Shown one piece after another: positions 53,828-64,000 of a DNA stretch of 64,000 nucleotides. This DNA comes from Octopus vulgaris. Taxonomy: Eukaryota. The stretch is from positions 33,542,001-33,606,000 of the forward strand of contig OX597820.1 of NCBI GenBank assembly GCA_951406725.2. Reading direction: 5' to 3'. The notes below the pieces were generated by a model. That model was not told where the DNA came from. It did not search any database and saw nothing but the letters and a program-made list of their open reading frames with translations. The stretch's first letter is position 1, and each line of letters starts with the position of its first letter. The position numbers and the translations under genes were made by a program.

Positions 53828-54219
53828 TTCTACTATAGGCACAAGGCCTGAAATTTGGGGGAGGGTTATAGTCGATTACATCGACCCCAGCACTCAACTG
53901 TTACTTAATTTATAGACCCCGAAATGATGAGAGGCGAAGTCCACCTCGGCAGAATTTGAACTCAGGACGTAGCGGCAGACGAAATACCTATTTCTTTACT
54001 ACCCACAAGGGGTTAAACACAGAGAGGACAAGCAAGACAGACAAACGGATTAAGTCGATTATATCGACCCCAGTGCGTAACTGGTCCTTAATTTATCGAT
54101 CCCGAAAGGACGAAAGGCAAAGTCGACCTCGGCGGAATTTGAACTCAGAACGTAGCGGCAGACGAAATACCGCTAAGCATTTCGCCCGGCGTACTAACGA
54201 TTCTGCCAGTTCGCCGCCT

Positions 54220-54220
<1 letters not shown>
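53828..54220 (-). mobile_element. SINE family D, two stacked copies in (TAA)n
   Basis: Head aaggcggcgaactggcagaatcgttag on the minus strand; further fragments at 52570-53035 and 60040-60230. Confidence 0.85.
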
Positions 54221-54291
<71 letters not shown>

Positions 54292-54293
<2 letters not shown>

Positions 54294-54832
54294 CAGGCAG
54301 TGGCTCTCATGGCTTCTGATCTTAACTGATTGGAAGTGTTATCATGTACATTGTTTTGTCTTGGTATAAAAGATGGGCTACAGCAAATATTCTGCTCAAT
54401 ACCACAGATTTGCTTGTCAGTTGTTTGACCTTAACCAGTTGAGCATGTCCCTTAGTGGCTGACGATATGTGCATCTCTGATCACGAGCAGAAGTAGTGGG
54501 GGAGCATCATAGCCATGTGTTGAGAGGGATTCTTTGGGGTTTGAATAATTCACCTCTGGAAACATGGGTGGTTCTTTCAACATCCTTAAACAACCCTTAT
54601 TCAGGGACCTTTTGAGCGGGATGGGCTACTCAACCTGAAGAAAATTCTAACTGGGCCCCACCTGCAAGGTCATGTGCTGTTTATCTTGATATGAGATCAC
54701 CATGTCGCGCACATATGGTTGTGATGCATGTGCCTGGTGTACCCTTATCAGACGGGTAGTCATGATGGGTATATTGGGCTTCGTATATTTTACCCCAGTG
54801 TCACTTTGATGGCATGCACTGCTCTCTCACTC
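54292..54832 (+). mobile_element. ~540-bp non-coding element in (TAA)n, copy 1
   Basis: Near-identical to 61448-61932 (inverted) and similar to 56120-56688. Confidence 0.88.
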
Positions 54833-54917
<85 letters not shown>

Positions 54918-54919
<2 letters not shown>

Positions 54920-56092
54920 GACTATATATACAACGTATAGAAGGTGGTAGAGGCCTTATACAGCTGGAAAACTACTATAAAATAACCACCATAGGACTGC
55001 AAAAATATCTACTTCAGAAGGAAGGAAAACTGATCCAGATAGCGGCAAAACACGAGCAAAACAAAAAACTGTTCTCAGTATTTAAGGAAGCTGACAAATA
55101 CAAACAAGAAATCATACCACCTAATAAACATGAAGAAGAAGATGAAGAAACAACAAAAGCTATAAAACAAATGAAATCCAAACTAAAAATAGAACAGCAA
55201 CGAACCATGATAAAACGATGGCAAGAAAAGCCCCTTCATGGTAAATACTGGACTAAACTAAACGCAAAAGAAATAGACAAAGAAAAATCCCAGCAATGGT
55301 TGAGAAGCTCAGGACTCAAAGCAGAAACAGAGGGATTTTTAATTGCAGCACAAGACCAAAGCCTCCCCACCAGAAATTACCAAAGACATGTAATGAAAAG
55401 AAATATTACAAGTAACTGCAGAATATGTGGAGATGGACAAGAAACAATAAATCATATTATCTCTAGCTGCCCAGTCCTGGCTAAGAAGGAATATATTCAC
55501 AGACATGACAGAGTTGGAACTTACATACATTGGAAGCTATGCCAACATTATGGAATAACAACAGAAAAAAGATGGTATAGGCACACACCAGAAAAGGTCA
55601 CAGAAAACGAGAAAGCAACCATACTCTGGGATATGCCGATACACACAGATAGAGAAATTAAGGCCAAACAGACCAGATATAGTTGTCAGAGACCATGAAG
55701 AAAAAAAATGCTTTCTAATTGATGTATCAGTACCGGCAGATGACAACGTGTCTCTAAAAGAAATGGAGAAACTCTCAAAATACAAAGACCTGGAAATAGA
55801 GGTAACTAGAATGTGGAATCTGAAAACAGAAACAATTCCTATCATAGTAGGTGCATTAGGCATGATAAAAAAATATTCAGACAAATGCATAACAAAAACA
55901 CCAGGACTTACAAACACATATAACATACAGAAAATTGCACTACTAGGCACTGCACACATCCTACGCAGAACACTTTCCATACAATAACCACCAGAGCATC
56001 ACAACAAATCACAGCACATACCCAAGGCACACAGAGCTGCGCTCGGTAGTGAAGTGAAAGCACGCTATAAAAATAAAAATAAAACTACTGAA
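54918..56092 (+). mobile_element. R4/Dong-like RLE LINE, young 5'-truncated copy
   Basis: RLYIQRIEGGRGL, CCHC knuckle CRICGDGQETINHIISSC, RHD, PD..D..K..KY endonuclease; one frameshift near 55668; (TAA)n on both sides. Confidence 0.95.
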
Positions 56093-56119
56093 TAATAATA
56101 ATAACAATAATAATAATAA

Positions 56120-56688
56120 ATGCCCTCGTGCAATATCAAGCACAGGCCCCCATGGTTTCTGATCTTAACTGATTGGAAGTGTTATCATGTACATGTTTTG
56201 TCTTGGTATAAAAAAAAATAATGGGCTACAACAAATATTCAGCAGGTTTGCTTGTCAGTTGTCTTACCTTAACCAGTTGAACATGTCCTTTGGTGGCTGA
56301 TGATATGTGCATCTTTGATCACGAGCAGTAGCGGGAGAGCATGTGTTAAGAGGAATTCTTTGGCATTTGAATAATTCACCTCTGGAAGCATAAATGTTTC
56401 GTTCAACATCATCTTTAAACAACATCATCTTTCAACATCATCTTTAAACAACCCTTATTCAGAGACATTTTGAGAGAGATAGGCTACTCGATCTGAAGAA
56501 AATTCTAACTGGACTCCACCTTCAAGGTCATGTGGTGTTTATCTTGATATGAGACTACCATGTCGCTTAGATATGGTGGCGACGCATATGCCTGGTGTAC
56601 CCTTATCAGACGGGTAATCACGATGTGCATACCAAGCTTCGTATATTTGTACCCCAATCTTTGATAGCATGCGCTGCTCTCTCACTTA
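56120..56688 (+). mobile_element. ~540-bp non-coding element, diverged copy 2
   Basis: Collinear with 54292-54832. Confidence 0.85.
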
Positions 56689-56809
56689 GTAATAACAACA
56701 ATAATGTAACGTATTGTTAGAACATAAATTAGAACATTAGTGAAACAAAGAAAATGGAGACTAGTCAAGATCAGAAGTCAAGAAACTTCTGATCTGTAAT
56801 AAACTGCAT

Positions 56810-58420
56810 CACCTGAAAGCAGAGATGGATCGCCTCTTTCTCCCAAGACGAAGCGGATGTAGAGGAACAATCCAGTTTGAGATGTCATGCAAAATACCGA
56901 CCATTGGATTCGAACAATACCTTAAGATTGCAGATAACTGGATGCTGAAAATGGATGCAGTGCTGAAAGCAAGAAAAATTTGTATTCAATCACGAAGAAA
57001 AGTAGAAAGTTTGCAGAAGACTTAGGAACGCATAATGAAATTTATTTGTAAATTATAGTGATTCTGAATTAAGGCTGCAAAGAACATTAAAATCTTGGCG
57101 AAAATGAAGGTCAATGGAAACTGTACTAAATGGGAGCAAAAGATACTCTGTGGGCAGTAAGTCTTCTGTAGCATAGAACCTGATATAAATCAAACTCTCA
57201 CATCAGTGGCTGTGGAGCTCTGGGATAAAAGCAGAGAGTGAGGACTTCATTTCAGCTACACAAGACCAATGTCTTTCGACGCACAACTTTCAAGCCAGTG
57301 CGATCAGAAATGGAGCTGACACAAAGTGTCGATTTTGCTATGAGCAGGTCGAGACCATTGATCACCTTGTTTTAGGTTGCTAAGTATTGGCTCCCCGGGG
57401 GTATAATACTAGGCATGATAGAGTTGAACAATATTTACATTGGTTAATATGTAGGTCTTTCGGCATTAAGACAGAGAAAATGGTACATTTTTCACCTAGA
57501 TTTTGTGACAGGAGATGAGGATGTGAGAGTCCTTTGAAATTTACCTGTGAACACCGACCAAATGATCAAAGCTATTAGACCTTGTATAATTGTGAAGAAC
57601 CGTAAAAAGAAAACGTCTTTTAATTGACATGAGTAAACCATCGAATCGTAACATCTGGAAAGAGTTCCGAAAGCGCAGTAAATATAATGATCTGATAACT
57701 GAAATTCAGAAAATGTGACATCTTAAGGCTTGTACAATACTAGTGATAGTCGGCGCACATGCAATGATTAAAAAAGGGAAAAGGAAAATATTTTGACCAA
57801 ATACTTGAAAAGCCTTTCCCGCAAGATATACAGAAAAGAGTGCTGACTTGCATAATACATGTCTTGAGAAGGGCATTATCAAGTTAAATATCTTGCAAAG
57901 ACATTTACTGTTTTGTTTATGCCCTGATGGTGACAGTCTTAAGCTAATTGACTGTTAAGTGTGCGTTTTGTCAAATTTTGCCTCAGATATCAGTATGACC
58001 GGGCAAGATATGGCAAAGATGCAGAATTCAAAAGAAGTTGCAAATAATAATATAAATAGGATTTTACAATCTAGTGTGATTCAGTGATTGATGCTCGGAG
58101 GCCAGGCATCGTTATAGCTGACATATTTGATGAAGGAAACCAAGATTACAGACATTGCCATACTTGGGGATATACGAGTGAATGACAAAGAACCAAAAAA
58201 CTAGAAAAAGATCGAAAAGTACAAGTCACTAGAAAATGAAATTGCACGAATGTGGGCAATGAAGAAAGTAACTGTCAACCCAGGGGTTGTTGGGGGCACT
58301 GGGAGCATTAGCAACCAGATTTGAGAAATCTGGAGAAATTAGGATTGACATGAAGGTAGAACATGTTTCGAAAACTGCCCTGTTGGGAACAGCAAAAATT
58401 TTGAGTTTGGTATTTGGTTA
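56810..58420 (+). mobile_element. Two older R4/Dong-like fragments
   Basis: DRLFLPRRSGCRG, QWLWSSGIKAESE..QDQ, RHD, KIEKY, VVGGTG remnants. Confidence 0.75.
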
Positions 58421-58571
58421 AGTATCGTGGAAAGAGACACTGTGGGGACCTTGTCAACAGGTTATTGTCGGCTCTTACAAAATTAGCCAGGGTAAATGAA
58501 ATCAAGAACAAATAGAAGTGAAATGGAAATAATAATAATAATAATAATAATTAATAATAATAATAATAATA

Positions 58572-58607
<36 letters not shown>

Positions 58608-58639
58608 TCCATTTCACGTCTTTTTTCTTCTTTCAAATT

Positions 58640-59220
58640 TGCTTCCATTTCTTGCCGAGTGTCTTCCCGACTCCTAGGGCAAAGAAACTCATAGTATACA
58701 TTGGTAGGCCATTAAACTAAACTCACTAGTTCGTTCATTTTTTTTTTAAGTTAAATTAAAATACATGGGTAGTAATAGTTCTCACATCGACAATGCTCTT
58801 CTCAATATGTGTGATGTACCAGTTAAGACAATCTTTTGCACTTCTTGCAGGGATGGTAATCCAGGGATCATTCTCATATAATTTTCGGTTCCCTTCTTGA
58901 TCATTCCTAGTGCTCCTACGATCACTGGTATTGGAACCGCCTTGAGATGCCACATTTTCTCAATTTCAATGAGCAGGTCTTTATATTTTCTGAGCCTGTC
59001 AAACTCTTTCGCCGAGATATTATAATCACAGGGGATGCTCATGTCGATCAATAAGCAAACTTTATTGTTTTGGTCTTTCACAACAATATCTGGTTTATTG
59101 GTTTTGATGGTTCGGTCTGTATGTACCGGAAAGTCCCACAGAATCGTTACATTTTCTCCTTCAGTTACAGCTTCAGGGTGGTGATTATACCACTTGTCGG
59201 CAGTTTTGATTTTGTTATTA

Positions 59221-59309
<89 letters not shown>

Positions 59310-59972
59310 TATGTTTGACTTTTGCTTTATGTTTGTACAAGTTGGCTCCAAGTCTCACCCAGAGACCTCAAAAGACAACAGGTTGAAAGTTCACGTTATT
59401 GTTATGCCTAGTGTGCCATATATTTGGGTTTTTTTGTGTTGTACTAGTGAATGTCTAATAAATAATTTTTTTTTAAAAAGTTTGTTTTAAACCTTGAGAT
59501 TACATAGAGAGTATTTTGCGTAGGGTATGAGCAGTTCCCATGAGCACTATCTTTTTAATTTCTGCCATTTTGGGGTTTCCTGGTATCTGAGTTAGGTAGC
59601 AATCAGCCCCTTTCGCTATCATTCTCAGGGCACCTATGACAACAGGAATTGTTTTAGTCTTCAGGTTCCACATTTTGTTGATTTCTATTTCAAGGTCTTT
59701 ATATTTGCTCAGTTTTTGGTAGGTCTTGACAGATACGTTTATATCGATTGAGGAGGCATGTTCTTTGTCTGAAGTCTTTCAATATGATGTCTTGCCTGTT
59801 TGCATCTATCTTTCTGTCAGTTTGAATGGTGAAGTTCCAGAGGAGTGAGATGTGGTCATTTTCAAGCACTGGAGGTGGATTGTGTTCCCACCAGTTTTTT
59901 CATGGGGCATCCAGGTTTTTTCAAATTACCCAGTGAATATATTGTGCAGCTCTATCATGCCTGTTGAGGTAC
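58640..59972 (-). mobile_element. Two R4/Dong-like 3' fragments separated by (TAA)n
   Basis: ORF 58782-59081 LLIDMSIP..KYKDL..MWHLK..IVGALG; the same motifs recur at 59540-59970. Confidence 0.88.
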
Positions 59973-59989
59973 TATTATTATTATTATTA

Positions 59990-60039
<50 letters not shown>

Positions 60040-60776
60040 TCTACAACAGGCACAAGGCCTGAAATTTTTTTGGGGGGGGGGGCGTTTGGTTAAGTCGATT
60101 ACATATCATCGACCACGAAAGGATAAAAGGTAAAGTTGACGTCTTAACTGGTGCTTCATTTTATCAACTCTGAAACTGAAAGGCAAATTCAAATCCCAAC
60201 GGGATTTGGAGTTAGATTGTCAAAACTTGAAGGATTTTAACTAATGGATATATAGAGAGACAAGATTGACCCCATCCCTACACATTTTCTCCTGTCCGTT
60301 AGATATTGTGCTGACCACTAATAAACACCACACCGGTGTCTACTATTAGCTCAAAGTCACAAAAAGTTTTGAAAGAGAACACGCTCGAAAAAATGTCCAC
60401 ACTAGAAAAGAGATTAGTATTGTATTTCATCAGCCACAGAAGAAAAAAGTTGAATTTCAGCGGGATTTGAACTCAGAATGAAAAGATCGCTTGATATTTT
60501 GTCCTACACTGCAGTGATTCTTCCGTCCTATCAAATTATCATAGCTCTTTATTTGTTTCATTCATTGGATTGTGACCATAGCAGAACGGTATTTAGACGA
60601 ACAAATCGACCCCTGTCACTTATTCTATCGGTCTCTATTGCGAAATCCCTAGGTTACAGGATTGTAAACAAACCAACACTGGTTTCAGACAGTGCGGTAG
60701 GGGACAACATTAAATACGTACGTACATACATACATATCTATTTACCTATCTATAAGTCTTGTGAGTGGATTTGGTA

Positions 60777-60812
<36 letters not shown>

Positions 60813-60894
60813 TGTTTATTCCCTACTACTGCCTAATAACTGGTGTTGGTTCGTTTGTTTACGTCCCTGTAACTAAGTGGTTTAGCAAGATATA

Positions 60895-61370
60895 GCCCCC
60901 ATCCCAAATCATCACAGATCCTTCTCCATGTTTAACAGTTGGAAGAAGGCAGTCTGGGTCAAATGCTTCTTTTGGCTGTCTCCACACTTGGAGACACACT
61001 CGTATACTCGACCGGTGGTTGGAAATAAGGTAAAGGATGACTCGTCCGAGAAAATAATATTCTTTCACTACTCTAGGGACCAATTCTGTAGGTTTTTACT
61101 CCACTCTAAACGCTTTGCAACATTTGCTTTTGAAAGTAGTGGTTTTCTGATTGCAGCCCTCCCGTGAAATCCGGCTTTGTGCAGCTCCCGGCGAACAGTT
61201 TTTGTGGAAACTGGGTTCTCGAGGTGGTCATTTAGATCTGCAGTAATTTTTGGAGCTGTACTTTTGTGATCCTTTATAACAATTCGCGTAAGAGTCCCAC
61301 TGTCCCTGTCTGAAAGTTTTGGTTTCCTTCCGGAGTTTTGTTTCAACGAGGTTTTTCCCTCTTTCTCAAA
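60895..61370 (-). mobile_element. Tc1-family transposase remnant
   Basis: SGRKPKLS, TVRRELH, RKPLLS, IFSDES, PTVKHG.GSVMIW. Confidence 0.92.
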
Positions 61371-61413
61371 TACTAAATTGAATTTTTCCCTGTAAGTTTG
61401 AAGTTATACTCCC

Positions 61414-62411
<998 letters not shown>

Positions 62412-62740
62412 CCACTCCTGTACACCATTTTCCTCGAATAATGGAACTGCAACTACAATATTTCTATATATCTTATTTCTACTTTCATTCTCTTATTTCC
62501 CTCTATATTCCATATCTCTTGTACTGATGTTTGATGGTGGGTGGAGATAAGTGAGAGGGGGAAGTGTACGTACATAGATGTGTGTATGTGTTTGCGCACA
62601 TATGCGTGTGTGTGTGTGCGCGCGCATGTGAGCGTGTGTAGGTGTGTGCGTATGCATAGATGTTTGTGAGGCGTGGGGGTTATGTGCGCATGCCACGTTT
62701 ATGGTTGTAAAACTCAAAAAGAAAATGGGAGATGCGAAAA

Positions 62741-62855
62741 AACCTACATATATGTTTCAGTTGTAGCCCCTCGTTGATATGAATTCTAAGTATTTGGTTA
62801 TATGCTAAGAATGGTATCATTTTTAACTACATGGAGCAGAGCTTCTTCGGGATTA
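62741..62855 (-). ncRNA. Degenerate hammerhead core
   Basis: Minus strand CCGAAGA-agctc...ggggctacaact-GAAA-catatatg-TA-ggtt. Confidence 0.45.
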
Positions 62856-63172
62856 TTATGAGTTTATAGAATTAAGGTTAGCATTTTTCTCGGAAGGATG
62901 CATACAGAAGAAGCTATTTTGGATGCAACCTTTCAACATATTTATATCATACAAATAAACGCATGCCACGTTTATGGTTGCAGGGAGGCATAAGATCGGG
63001 GAGGTCAGTCTTCAGTCAGCGTCGGCATTGAGGATTGAGAACCCTGTCCTTGGTTGTGAAGCAGCCAGTACTGTGTCGCACTTTCACCAATAACGGCCCA
63101 TTTTCCAGTAGCCATTTTGCCTCTCCGTTCAGTAATCTACGCTTGACCTGAAAGAGACGGATTTCTGTTAAA

Positions 63173-63364
63173 ATGCCGCGAAACCTAAAGTCGCTTAGAG
63201 CCGAATCAAACCGTTTTTACTTTGTATTCATTGTTCTAATTTTTTCCTTGGTTTCGAATTTATATATCACTTCTCATTCTCATTCAGCCGATTACAATTG
63301 CGGCAAGGCTTGTTCATCGTTCTTTCGAGGTAGAGATAATTTCAATAAATCACGAATCTTTGCA
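63173..63364 (+). CDS. Possible first exon of a second secreted or membrane protein gene
   Basis: aaaATG; hydrophobic FYFVFIVLIFSLV then ADYNCGKACSSF; donor gtaagg at 63365; non-repetitive context. Confidence 0.3.
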
Positions 63365-64000
63365 GTAAGGTATCTAGAATAACCTTTTTTGTCTTTCATA
63401 TCCAAATTCATGCCACTGGCCATTCTGAGCTACATCTCGCAGTTCATTTTTGTTTTAATTATGCAAACTACCTTGGCCCATCAATGTTGTATATCCTTTT
63501 CGTATATGTGTCTAAGTCTTATCATTGATAGAGTTAAAGTGGGACAACTGATGTGCTGACGACACTCATAGAGGTAGAAACACATACAGCTGTTCTCTTA
63601 TATCCAGGAAAACCAGGAAAGTTAATTTGGGACGATTATTTGATTGCTTGAGATTATTTCTCCTAATCATACAGTCTATTGCAATTAAAAAGGGGTGGTC
63701 GTAGAACAGTTAAATTTAATAAATAACAAATTTATCGTTTATAGTATTTACTGCACCTTTTATTCTTCCCATACATACATACGTCTGAGTGTACACGCGC
63801 ACGCACACACACATATGTATATATATAGTCAATTCGAGGAAGTTAGATCCACGTTAGGAATTATATAATCAAAAACATTCTACTGGTTAATCACTACCAT
63901 ATAATGAGAAAGTCTCTGCGATGTGTTAGGAATCATTGTAGTAATACATATTATTAATATTGAAAGAAAGAAAATGGAGAAAGATGGATGTATGAATAAC

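Noticed and set aside
54460-54670. CTGACGA and CTGAAGA in the 540-bp element as hammerheads
   Set aside because: No properly placed GAAA-stem III-UH or stem I partner.
54918-56092. Autonomous active LINE
   Set aside because: Lacks most of the RT and has a frameshift; no intact transposon ORF was found in the window.

Overview
Eukaryotic, AT-rich, repeat-saturated DNA. The SINE families and microsatellite load look like an Octopus/cephalopod genome (inferred from pattern recognition, not tested). Most ORF-track entries are microsatellite artefacts. Supportable content: decayed LINEs (RTE, CR1-like, L1/Tx1, many R4/Dong-like restriction-endonuclease fragments in (TAA)n tracts), tRNA-derived SINEs, non-autonomous Helitrons, and Tc1/mariner remnants. 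Two things are not shown by the ORF track. (1) A dense population of short elements in (TA)n tracts, often fold-back palindromes, carries minimal type I hammerhead-ribozyme cores (CUGANGA...GAAA-palindrome-UA). About six cores are intact and about ten are decayed, with Penelope-like ORF fossils nearby. (2) A candidate + strand multi-exon gene (12.5-50.5 kb) built from very small exons would encode a secreted protein: signal peptide, acidic pro-region, KKRR site and a ZP-N/cuticlin-like cysteine pattern. Repeat boundaries are approximate and were read by eye.
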